A DNA stretch of 64,000 nucleotides from Puccinia triticina. Its lineage: Eukaryota. Made by a program: the position numbers and the translations under genes. Shown one piece after another: positions 49,278 to 60,677 of the stretch (positions within the stretch are counted from its first letter, which is position 1; every line of letters begins with the position of its first letter). The stretch is from the NCBI GenBank assembly GCA_026914245.1, contig CP110439.1, positions 7,502,001 through 7,566,000 on the forward strand. The letters run 5' to 3'. The notes under the pieces were generated by a model. The model saw only the letters and a list, made by a program, of their open reading frames with translations, did not search any database and had not been told where the DNA came from.

Positions 49278-50163
49278 CAACAATGCAACTATTACGCTAA
49301 AAGTAATTAGAGGCGCTAAAAATATAGCGTAGTGCTGGCCGCCAATAATCTGTGCAGTTAGCAATAGCGGTAGCGGTCCAGCGCTACATATAGCGCGTAG
49401 CGTAGCAACACCCTTGCTACACCATTTCCCTCCACTGTGTAGTTTAGCTTTTTGAAGGCGCTAACACTAAAAATAGCTGTATTTTAGCGCCAAAGCCGCT
49501 ACACCCGCTAAAACATTGCTACATTCCAGTTTAGCGGGATGAATGCTAAATATTCAAATTAGCGTAATTTAGCGCAAATTAGCGCAGTAATTAGCACATC
49601 AATAATGGGGCTAATGTGCATCCTGCTAAATTTTTAACTTGGCCCAAACATTAGGGCATCAATAGCTTATAGATTCTGGAGCTGGAGGTCTAGTTTTTTC
49701 CCAGATTAGATAATTACCGCCAATTATTCAATAATTGCCACTAATTATTTAGGCCCCGTTTGGCTGCCGCGTTATACAACATAAATGGTTGAATTTATGA
49801 CGCGCGACCCCTGGGGGTTTCAAAGTTTTGGTGGCAATGGGGGGCGAACTTTGGGTCGCGGCATCATAAATTTAACCATTTATGACATATAACGCTGCAG
49901 CCAAACGGGGCCTTATTAAATTAGCGTAGCAATAAGGAACGCTAATATATTGCTATATTGGTGCAGAGCCGCTAAATATAGCTGAAGCGTAGCAATCAGA
50001 ATCTAAAAATCACTACTTTCTAGCAATTAAAAACTTCAGATTTTTCTCTAGATAGCAGTTAGTGTTAAATGTAATATGCTGGCGCTAAACTCAATCTTAG
50101 CGTAGCAGCGCTAGCTAAATTAGTGTATTACACGCTAACCGTAGCGTAATAGTTGCATTGTTG
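49278..50163. mobile_element. MITE with CAACA termini (relative of 42327-42813)
   Basis: TIR CAACAATGCAACTATTACGCTA; imperfect 7-bp flanks CCTCAAT / CCTTCAT. Confidence 0.8.
49752..49912. mobile_element. Tourist-like MITE (nested)
   Basis: TIR GGCCCCGTTTGGCTGC; TSD TTA; near-palindromic. Confidence 0.9.
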
Positions 50164-50616
50164 CCTTCATCACTCTTCTCCTTGAACAGTTTTTTCCGGT
50201 CATTGAGGGAGTGTTTCTCCTCTCAGTGAACGGAGCAGACCTGGTCATTGAGGGAGTGTTTCTCCTCTCAGTGAACGGAGCAGACCCGGTCATTGAGGGA
50301 GTGTTTTTCCTCTTGGTGACCAGAGCAGACCTGGTCATCAAGAGGATTACTTAATTCCCTCAATGATCAGGTCTGCTCCGGTCACCAAGAGGTGTGTTTC
50401 TCCTCTTGATGACTGGGAGTGTTCCGGTTAGAGATGGTCACTTTGCATCTGGGTACCCGCCACATGTTTTTGCTTATTCCGGACATCCACATCCAAAGGT
50501 GGATACCCGCTGGCCTGGGCGGGTATCTGCTGATACACACCCCTCAAAACACGGACTTGGCAGGTCTTCATGCCCGGTCATCCTATTGATAACTGGACAT
50601 GGGCATTGATGCCCGG

Positions 50617-51540
50617 TGTGGTAGACGGAAAAGTGAAAAATCAAAAGTATTTTCTCATATACATATTTACTCACAATACCCCTCAAGATACCATCAAACA
50701 GACCTCAGAAATGGATTCTACGGCCAATTTTACCCCTAGTCACCACTGGAAGCATCACCTGAACCCCACTGGATTGGAACCTACACTTCTTTGGACACTG
50801 GACACCCATCACACGTTCAACATACCCAGTCACCAGCCTGTCACAAGCCTCAAGTCAAGGATCACAGTATTATGCTTATACACATCACAGGATACAAACA
50901 TACATCTCCCCATCAGACTACAGTCATTACATATTATCAAGTACTCTTCTATTTCCATATTATGATGTCATCACACACTGACTCTGCAGCCTCAGACTTT
51001 GTTTATGCACCCCCTGCATCCACCTGTCAAATCATGCAGTCTACTACGTAGCCTTCATGCGGCCCTACTGCATTCTTCTGACATTGCTTATGTACCCTTG
51101 ACATATTATGACATCATTTGTATCTACTCCCACCAGCTAAAATCCCTCACACTGTTGTCTAGATTAGTTGAAGCCCTAACCCAAAAGCCCTCTGGGGCTC
51201 CACTTTTGTCTATATAAGGAGCTCTCTCCTCCCCAGTTGTCAGCTCCTCAGCTCAGTACTCCCCAGTTATTTACATCCCACCTTCACACTTACCATCACA
51301 TCTATACCTCACCACAACCCTCATATTTGCAAATAACTACTGAACTCACTCTCAACTCTCACATACCTTTCATCAAACAACTTCATCTGGAACTAGACCA
51401 GACCTATCATTTGATTAAAACTTGCCAAGCTTAGCTTGGTGGGTCTTGTTATCTGATAGTATAGAAGGGCAGAGTTTGCACCTCCATCATCCCCTTCTCC
51501 ATTCAGCAAAAGGGTTTCACAACCACTTTTGAGTCTTACA
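50617..51540. mobile_element. Solo LTR, family B
   Basis: TGTGGTAGAC...GAGTCTTACA with TSD CCGG (50613-16, 51541-44); TATA-like TATATAA at ~51211. Confidence 0.85.
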
Positions 51541-51563
51541 CCGGTCATCCTATTGATGACCGG

Positions 51564-52414
51564 TATGGAGCTCTGCTTGGTGCTAGGCCGGCGCCAGCGC
51601 TGGGAGGGGAAAAGGTGCTCTGGGAGCTGCCCTCACGGATGGTCTGGATGAGTCGTAGGGATTTGGGTTGATAGCGTTGGGGGAAGTGGTTTTGAGATGT
51701 TTCGCCGGGGTTTGGATCCTCGGCGGCAGTTGTGTTGTTGAGAAGGGATTTGAGGAAAGAATTCTTGTTGATTTGATGGACTCTGGGATGGGACTCGGAA
51801 AAAGATTGATATTCTTGATAACCCCTGACTTAATTCCGAACAGGATGCTATGGCCTCCCATCCTCCAAGTTTGCTGGGAACTTGGATTCCTGGAGGCCTG
51901 TCACAGACATGTCATCATCTCCTCGCGCGCCATGCGCGCACACACACACAACAGACAACAGAGAAAAGGGAAGAAAAAGACAACACCAAGAAGGAAACAG
52001 GAAGAGAAATAGAACCAAGAGCTGAAAACATGAAACCAATAAGAACCATAAGAAATAAGAAAGGGACCAGGGGAAATGGAACTAAACATGACCAACTACA
52101 TGGAATAAACAAAACCAGAAAAAGACAACAACTGGGAATAAACCCACAGACAGATCTGTGTTAGGACCAAGAAAGAGAAGAAGGGGAAGGAAGGGGAAGT
52201 GAGAATGAGGAGAGTGGGGAAAAGGGAGAAGGAATTTGAAGGATAAGAAAGGGATGGGGAAAGGGGAAGTTCTTGAGGATCTTGAAGTCTTGAGGATGAG
52301 TGAGAATCTTGATGGTTGCTTTTAGATCTTGATGCTTGCTGAGTATCTTGCTGATCTTGATGGTGGTGGCAGCAGACTGCTTCTGACTAGCTGATAACCA
52401 AATGGGTCACCACA
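51564..52414 (-). mobile_element. Solo LTR, diverged family A, inverted
   Basis: Reverse complement resembles 31003-31954 (TGTGGTG start, GTGTGTGCGCGC core); TSD CCGG (51560-63, 52415-18). Confidence 0.8.
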
Positions 52415-53664
52415 CCGGTCATGGGCATTGATGCCCAGTCATGGGCATTGATGCCCAGTCATGGGCATTGATGCCCAGTCATCCTATCTATTGATTACCG
52501 GTGATGGGCATCAATGCCTGGTCATCCTATTGATGACCGGTCATGGGCATTGATACCTGGTCATTGGCATTGATGCCCGGTCATCACTTGCCCGACTCGC
52601 TAAACTGGGGTTGCAAGTCTGTTGGAGATGCTAAGCCAGCACGGAGATTTTGTGCTGCGCAGCTGCAGCTCACATACCCAAAATCCAGCGGATACCCAGG
52701 TATCCGCTGGATTTTCCCCAGGATCTGTGAAATCCGCATCCACTGGTGGGTACCCGCAGCGGGTTTGAAGTGACCATCTCTAGTTCCAGTCATTGAGGGG
52801 TTTTTTTACTTCGTGATGACCAGGACTGTTCCAGTCATTGAGAGGAGTGCTTAATCCACTCAATGACTGGTGATTTGCACTCCCCATGTGTGCTGCCCAG
52901 TCCTTGGGGGAGTGTGTGTACTCCGCTCTGGGACCAGCCTGTGCCGGCCATTGACATGGCAAATCCATGAGGTATGTACTTCTGCCCCTCAAACTTTGTT
53001 TTCAAGGGGCTGAGTACCTAATCCATGCCTTTTTGGCAGGTTGAAAATCCCCAGCAACGGTGGGCTGCTACGCTACAGTATGCTACAGCACTTCTTTTGG
53101 AGCAAAAACTTGCAGCATTAGTGTCAGGGGTAGTCTCTTCTGTGAAGACCTCTGAATGACAAAATCAAGCTGGCGGTAGGTGTTGGTGGACTGGGTAGTA
53201 CTAAGAAAAGCTCAAACTACTAGTAGCAATAGATTGCGCAGGAGTTCGGATAGAAAAGGGATCAAAGAATAAGGAGATGGGGAAGTGATGGGAAAGAGTG
53301 AGAATAGAGGAGAAAGATATAATTTCCCCAATCATGACCTATAGTTGTAATCCCTTGGGCTTGGTAGGCAAAGGGATAATGAATTCTGTAATCAAAAGGC
53401 TATCAAAATCTAGGGGATCCTCTTAGTAGCAAGGTCCCTGAGTTTTAACCACTTGTCTTCACGTGCATCATGCTTGGATAGCTATTCCTATGGGGAATAG
53501 CTATCTTGATTAGGGAATGATCAATTCCCTAATGGGGACAATCCTGAGAGTCCGCTACTAGTCACGGTCATCCTTCTGTTAGCATGTACGCGACTGCTCT
53601 CTGTTTCGCGTGTCTGATCGCGCTTCTGTTCGCGCTCAGGTTTGCGCTATATGTGGCGCAGTAA

Positions 53665-54883
53665 CACTTCAAGGATAATTAAATTTCCCAAAAAAAATAC
53701 TCAAAGTTTGAGGTTAGGAAAATCATTGAAAAAAAATCACTCTGTACTGAAAAAAAATGCAAACTGAGCGTGCTCAGCCAAAAAGATAAAAATGTGTCAG
53801 ACTGAGTAAAAAACAATGGGGCACATTTTTGGGGTGATTTATTGGACGGGCCTGCACAAGGCCCGCATGGGCCCCTAACAGGCCCGTTGGGCCCATTGAA
53901 AAAGTAGTATTTGTTTGGAATTCTGATGCTCTGCTAAAATGTGAAATGGGCCAAACTGAATAAAAAACATGGGGGTACATTTTGGGGGAGATTTTTTGGA
54001 CGGGCCTGAATGAGGCCCACATGGCCCCCACAAAGCCCACTGGGCCCATTGAAAGAGTAGCCTTGGTCAAGAATGCCTATGCTCAGCTAAGAAGCAAAAA
54101 TGTGTCAACCTGAGTAAAAAACATGGGGCCACACTTTTGGGGAGGGCTTATTGACAGACCTGCATCAGGCCCGTAAAGGCCCACCCAAAGCTGGTTTGGC
54201 CAACCCAGAAGTATTCTTGGTCAAGAATGCCCATATATGATGTTTCAGAACAGCACCAATTGACCACTAATCAACAGAAGATATTGAAGGGCTTCTGACA
54301 TCTGTATGACATTTGTGCACTCACAGAATGTATGTCCAGGCCCTTTCCTTTTCCTTGGAACCCTGTTGGCCCATACAGGCCTGCTGTAGGCCCGTCCAAA
54401 AAGCCTCCCCAACAATGTGCCCCTAGGGGTTTTACTCAGTCTGACACATTTTATTTCTTAGCTGAGCATATGCTTTCTTAACCAAGGCTACTCTTTCAAT
54501 GGGCCCAGTGGGCTTTGTGGGGGCCATGTGGGCCTCATTCAGGCCCGTCCAAAAAAACTCACCAAAAATGTACCCCCATGTTTGTTATTCAGTTTGACCC
54601 ATTTAAAATTTTAGCAGAGCATCAGAATTCCAAACAAATACTACTTTTTCAATGGGCCCAACGGGCCTGTTAGGGGCCCATGCGGGCCTTGTGCAGGCCC
54701 GTCCAATAAATCACCCCAAAAATGTGCCCCATTGTTTTTTACTCAGTCTGACAAATTTTTATTTTTTTGGCTGAGCACGCTCAGTTTGCATTTTTTTTCA
54801 GCACCGAGTGATTTTTTTTCAATGATTTTCCCAACCTCAAACTTTGATTATTTTTTTTGGGAAATTTAATTATCCTTGAAGTG
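53665..54883. mobile_element. Foldback-like element with ~500-bp inverted arms
   Basis: CACTTCAAGGATAATT...AATTATCCTTGAAGTG with TSD TAA; arms built from ~150-bp diverged tandem units. Nested in an older GCTAC-repeat element (~53050-55510). Confidence 0.9.
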
Positions 54884-56190
54884 TAAGGTGGTAACCTTTT
54901 GCGCGGGGGTTTCTAAAGTCGCCTCTTGGCGCAGTGAAGTATCTACTTCATGCGCTCGAGCCTAGGCTGACATTTTACGCTGCTAAACTAGACACTTAGT
55001 GTAGCTTGTTGTTTCTGTGCTAATGCTAAAAACAGTGTTAACGCAGAAAAAACATTGCTATGCTAACTGTTAGCATAGCGGATTGAATGCTAACATATTC
55101 TTGCCCCCTGGTAGCGTAGCACATAACATTGATCACTAACAGAATTTTGCCCCCTGGCAGTGTCACGGAATAAATTCCCCGCTATTCTAGCGCCAGAAAA
55201 AGAAAAAACTGGGCTGTTTCTGCCCATTTTTATGCCCAAGAGGTGATAGATAGGACAGAAGCTACGCTAAATTTTACTGTACCTTAATTATTAATTGATT
55301 ATACACTAACGCTACCCACAGAAAAATGTAGCATTAGTGGCTGTTAAAAAAACCCCTAACGCTACGCTGGCGCTTTTATGTGCTTTTCTTGTTTTTGAGT
55401 AGCGTTATCGGGATAATTTTGGCCGCTAAAAGTAACTCTTGCATAGCATATCTAAAAAAGGTAACATTACACTACACTACAGCTACTTTTAGCGTAGCTG
55501 GCCCACCATTGTCCATAGGTAGCGGGAGCCTGCGCTCAGCTTATTTATTGTATTTCTTTTTCATACTTTTTTATGTCAAATTGAGGGATCCAAAAAGTTG
55601 AAGAAATTGGAGGAGGGGCAAGAAAAATTCCCTCTGCCAGCTGGCAGAAAAAAAGAGATAATTTCAAGATTTTAAATCTGCAGTGCACAAAGCGTTTTGA
55701 GCTACCACGCACTGTGGCCAGGATGTCAAGGGGACACCCCCTGTAGTGCGCAACAAGTTTTTTGAAGTGCGCAAAGTAAATCAGCTAATCAATACCCTAT
55801 ATATACATGCTTTTTCTATTTGTATGACTTTCTGCCTAGATATGGCCTGTACTGAACCTATAATTGTAAATACCTTCTAAACTAACAGAGCAAGCTAAGA
55901 GCATTCACATTTGTTTGCTGAGTTTTGGGGTTAAATAAGCCCAGTTTTGTGGGCAGGTTAGCTGACGGGGTTGCCTTCAAGTGGGCAAAGACATTTGTTT
56001 GGTCAGTTTCAGGCTAAAGTGAGCTGAAATGAGTTGCAGACCACCCTAGCCTGAGGCTAGATTTCAGGTTAAGGCTTGCTAAATTTAGCTGATACACACT
56101 TACATTGGAAACAGTGTAAGTGTGTAATTCACTCAGTTTTGATAACATCAACACTAACATTTGGTATTTTTGTGCTGTGCCTCTTTTTCA

Positions 56191-56655
56191 GATGACTTGA
56201 ACACACAAGCCTCATCTATTGACTGAGCAAAAGACCAAGCTTGTTGGCATGTTGGACGCTGGGATGACGCCAACGGCCATCACATCCAAGACTGGAACTG
56301 GACGGACAACCATCTAGGCAATGATCCTTTGATCCGCAGCTTGTGGGACAGTTGTGACAGCCCCTAGGAGCGGCAGACCAAGGAATTTGGACAACCACAA
56401 ACTTCAGAAGCGGACAAAGATCCTTGGCGACAATCCTCAAGGCTCAAATGAAGATGGCCAAGGTGAAAGACCATCTCAGTACCCCCATTGCAACAGTCAC
56501 CGCTTGCAGCTGAGCCCATGAACTTGTTTTCAAGAACCGAGTTGCTGTCAAAATACCGTTCCCCACCAAACTCCACTGTCACTGTTGTCTCTGGTTTGCC
56601 AAACACCACAAGGATTGGACCTCCAACAACTGGAGGAAAATACTTTGGACAGACA
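56191..56655 (+). pseudogene. Tc1-family transposase fragment (N-terminal part)
   Basis: PRSGRPRNL and LWFAKHHKDWTSNNWRKILWTD motifs; truncated at the first catalytic Asp. Confidence 0.8.
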
Positions 56656-56740
56656 ATTTTTTTTTTTAGAAAAAAATAAAATAAAAAAGAAAAGAAAACT
56701 TTCTTTTTTCAAGATTTTAACTTATCATCATCCTCCCCAG

Positions 56741-57321
56741 CTAACTTAGCTAATTCCCTCCTTGGGGGAGCGAAGCGACCTCCGAAGGAGGGACTTACGC
56801 CCTATGTGGACCCTGCGGCCTGAGAGAATTATGACTTTTGGTGGGGACTTTTTTAGAATCACTCTCCCTCATGAGCCTCTGCACCATTTTTGAAATTGTT
56901 TACATTTCTGGGATGGCCCAAGCTGTCCCTATCTTTCTACTATTTTTTCCCATCCTCAACACCTCTTGTTGAGCTGTAATCAGGGTTGTAACATCATGGA
57001 TTCCAGATTCTGTACAGTGCAACATGTGTGATACGGGATGTAGCCAACTAGATGAAGTTGCAAAAAAATACATTTGAATGTCATTACATATCCCTAAAAA
57101 TAGGACAATAGGTGGAAAGATTCTCCTTGATGTTCTGCATCTTTTGTTCCCCTACAACTCAATCACATAATGTGATGTGATGAAGCTACACAGGATTGAA
57201 AAAGGCCAAGTTCCTGATTCTCTCAGGCTGCGGGGTCCACTTAGTGTATAAGTCCCTCTTTCAGAGGGTCTCTGCGGGACGGCGTCCCCCCTCCACAAAG
57301 AGAGGGACTTAGTTAAGTTAG
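56741..57321. mobile_element. Mutator-like MITE
   Basis: TIR CTAACTTAGCTAATTCCCTC / GAGGGACTTAGTTAAGTTAG; perfect 9-bp TSD CCTCCCCAG. Confidence 0.9.
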
Positions 57322-58298
57322 CCTCCCCAGCTCCCTTCTTACCCCTCCCTGCTTACCACATATTTTTTTTTAAAAAAATTCCCAGAGTTGAAAAATTATC
57401 ACTTTATATATCATTTTATATTTTTTTTTGGCAATGCTGCAATCATCAGCCCCCTGAGCTCCACTGAGCAAAAAATCAGAACCCCCAAAACTCATCTTGG
57501 GCCTCAAAAATCAAAAATTGAGGTGCCAAAAATTGTAGATGACACACTGTACTTGTTTTTTTGTCTTTGTGGGCTTGTTAAGCATACAAGGAAGCTTCAA
57601 AAAACTCCCAAAAAATCACAGAGGACAACAAAAAGCTTGTCAAATGTTTTTTTTTTTTTTTTTTTTTGAAAAAGTTGCTTCCTTCACCCGTAGTATGCTC
57701 AGAGCTTTTTGGAGTGCACAAAGTAAGTCCATTTCTAATTTTGTTTTGGTTTGTATTGAAGTTGTATGATAGAAAAGGAAAAACATCATGAGAGGAGAAA
57801 ACAAACAGGCAAAGACAAGTTAATATGATTAAGCCATATTTTTTGAAGAAAGACAAAGGGAGAGAAGGGCGGGGAAAGGATTGATGGGAATGATGCAAGG
57901 GGAGGATGTAAGAGTCACTGAGGAAACAGAGATGCTTGGATGATGAAGAGGAGAAGAATGTATGAATGAGAGTGAGATTGACAGGAGAGCAGGAGAGTGA
58001 GCGAAGTTTGTTAATTAATGCATCATCATTCATGACAGCCCCGCTTTGTTGCTCTTCTTTCGTCCAGTTTTCTTCTATAACCAGAGGGTCAAGAGTCGAC
58101 GTCCGCATGCAGACCTACCCATACACATGCCCCGCTCTAGTATTAAAATAAGCAATGATATCCTCCCAATCCCCCCGAGAAAACAAAGAAAAAAAAATGA
58201 ACGCATCCGACCGTCTTCTTATTTCTCGAATCGAACACACACACACGCAACACAACACACTACGCACAATAGAAGGAAGAGTGGGCAAGGTGGGATGA

Positions 58299-59393
58299 TT
58301 ATTTCGAGCCAGTGTATCGGGCCTTCCGCTGAGACAAAAAGAAAGAGATCACAAACGGCCGTAGTAGTTAAACTCGCGTTCAATCGAGCGAAGCGTAATA
58401 ATGGATCTAGGGACACTTACCATATAATCCCAGGGGACGTATTTGTATCTCCTCATGTGTGCGATCTGACGCCGCATGGTGATCGAAAACAGGACTAGGA
58501 AGTAGACCAGAAGGATGGCTGTATGTGTACAAAAATGTTGGAAAGGGGGATGATGTTGGGTGAGTTGGGGCCGGAAAAGAACAGCAGGTCCCGCCGTTGA
58601 AGGAATGAGAAACTGACGCCAAAAGACAGGGACATCTGTGAATTCGAAGCAGGTAGCGAACAAGGAAAAGATCGTCGCTCTGGTGGCCGAATGCCTAGAT
58701 GAAGAACACACAGAAAAAAGGGGACAGGGGTTAGATAGGAACGGTGGCATCATGGAGAGGGTAGGTACCAGAATTTGAACTCCGGCAAGCGTCGGATAAA
58801 CGGCTTGAACTCATCGCCGTCCATTGTCTGTCCTCCCAGTAGACCGCTCGTGCTTCCAGGCCCTCCTTCCTCAACCTCATTCTCGGCCGCATCTTGCTCG
58901 ATTGACGGGTCAAATTTCGGCTGTAGAAACGATAGGAACAAGTTCAAAAGATAGATCCCCACTATTTCACGCCCAGCATGTCATGATGCAAGAAGAAAAT
59001 GAAAATGATCAGTGTGCTATCGAATCAATATTTAGACCTGCGCTCCTTCATTTTTTTTTCCCGGAGTGCATATGGATGTTCTTGAAGCACTCACGAGCAT
59101 ATGTGACGATGTACCATCCTTGAGACAAAAGGATCCTGAGCATGAAGACGACGATAAGTCCAGTGGTAGACAGCCATCTGTAGGTAGTATAGGGAGTCAA
59201 TCTATCCAGTTGGTATTGATAAGCCTACACAGAGAGGAAAAAAGGCAATACACCCATCAGAGTCGAATATTCTTCAAACAACGAGAAGAAGACGATGGGG
59301 GGTGCACACTTTTTCTAACTCCCGGTATTTCCTTGTGAACGCCGTTTCGTTTGACTCTTCATCTTGCATCAGGTTCGAGTCGGCACTCATCAT
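58299..59393 (-). CDS. RER1: Rer1 Golgi-to-ER retrieval receptor, multi-exon
   Basis: [62 protein letters not shown]. Confidence 0.96.
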
Positions 59394-59843
59394 CTCGGGT
59401 GAATCTCTTCCACTGTTGGTGGGGCTGGTTGCGCTTGGATGTGATCGAGACTGGCTTCCAACGAGAGTGGTTCTGTTGCTTTCCCTGCGTTAGTCTTGCT
59501 AGTGTGCTTGTGAGTGGTTCGAAGTGTGCACGTGGCCATTCCGTCTCTTGGCCTGCCTCGACCCTCTGGCCTCTCGACCCTCCGTCTCACCGGCCCTGGC
59601 TGCGAGGGGGGTTACCAGTTTCAGCCTCTTTTTACCCCGTGTTACACAGCCCTGGATATCAAATATGTACAACAAACCTTGACTCCTTCAAACTCGCCTC
59701 AATAATTTTCCCTCCCTACAAAAACAGTCACTGGACCTGGTTGTCCCTGTCGTTACGAACAGACCCCTTGCGAGACAGTGAGTTCTTCTTTGAGAGGTTT
59801 TTTTAAATTTAGCAGGGAACAATTGATTATGTACCAAAACAAT

Positions 59844-59991
59844 GGAGGACTTCCCGTCGGCTAAACTGCTTAATTTAGAGGGACAGGCTACCTTACTGGC
59901 TGGTGAAAACTAATTGATATCGTGTTTTCACCAGCAAACAAGGTTTAGCGGCCTCCTATAAATCAAGCCTTTAGGCAACGGGAAGTCCTCC
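59844..59991. mobile_element. MITE with GGAGGACTTCC TIR and AAT TSD
   Basis: AAT|GGAGGACTTCCCGT...ACGGGAAGTCCTCC|AAT. Confidence 0.85.
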
Positions 59992-60051
59992 AATTGTTGG
60001 ACCAAAGGAGTCGATAAGCAAATTTTATAATAAATTCTGCCTTTTATGTTA

Positions 60052-60430
60052 GAGCATCTCTACTTATGGTGTTCAAAGTTGGTTTGCATAATTTTATGCA
60101 TGCATAAGTCATAGAATCATAAAAATATTTTGGTGAGGAAATTTTGTATTACACAATCAGACAGTCATAGCCCCTGCAAAAAGGTTTTTATGATTTTTAT
60201 GATTTATGCATGCATAAAATTATGCAAACCAACTTTGAACACCATAACTGTGGGCTTTAAATTGGGGGACTAAACCAACTTTAGTCACCCGGGGGCAATT
60301 TAGCTCCTCCACCCAAGGTCGTAAAGGTTGTCCTAAGTAGGGAACCCCCCCTGGTGAGCTATAGCATGCCCATATCTAGGAAACTGTAGCTCCCCAGATA
60401 TTCCCTCTGGCCTAAATATCACACAGTCAG
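60052..60430. mobile_element. Harbinger-type terminus (relative of the 43300-43467 end), with nested MITE
   Basis: TTA|GAGCATCTC... followed by GGGACTAAACCAA/TTTAGCTCC motifs matching the reverse complement of 43300-43467. Confidence 0.7.
60067..60244. mobile_element. Third copy of the 177-bp TA MITE
   Basis: Same TIRs as 19666-19842, with TA flanks. Confidence 0.9.
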
Positions 60431-60539
60431 AGGTAGAGCTGGGCGCTTTGCACCCGGGTACCCGCGCGGGTGCGGGTACCCGCAGGCTGTTTTGACCCAA
60501 ACCGGACATCCGCACCCGCACCCGCACCTGTTGGCAAGT

Positions 60540-60677
60540 GGATGACTTCCCATCATATCTGAGACCCTTCCAGTTGATGATATAGACCCGAAAAGTTTAG
60601 ATTTTTGCAGGGAAATCTAGCTTTTTGAGCTTCAGATCACTTCTGGGAGGCCCTCAGATCTCGAAGGGAAGTCACCC
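60540..60677. mobile_element. MITE, GGATGACTTCC TIR, AGT TSD
   Basis: AGT|GGATGACTTCCC...GGGAAGTCACCC|AGT; core shared with 62379-62516. Confidence 0.8.

Larger units (their letters stand above)
50429..52782. mobile_element. hAT-type MITE hosting two solo LTRs
   Basis: TIR TAGAGATGGTCACTT; 8-bp TSD GTTCCGGT / GTTCCAGT; GGGTACCC/GGATACCC subterminal motifs. Confidence 0.88.

Noticed and set aside
57578..58108. 176-aa minus-strand ORF downstream of RER1
   Set aside because: Low-complexity UTR/intergenic sequence with homopolymer-derived residues.
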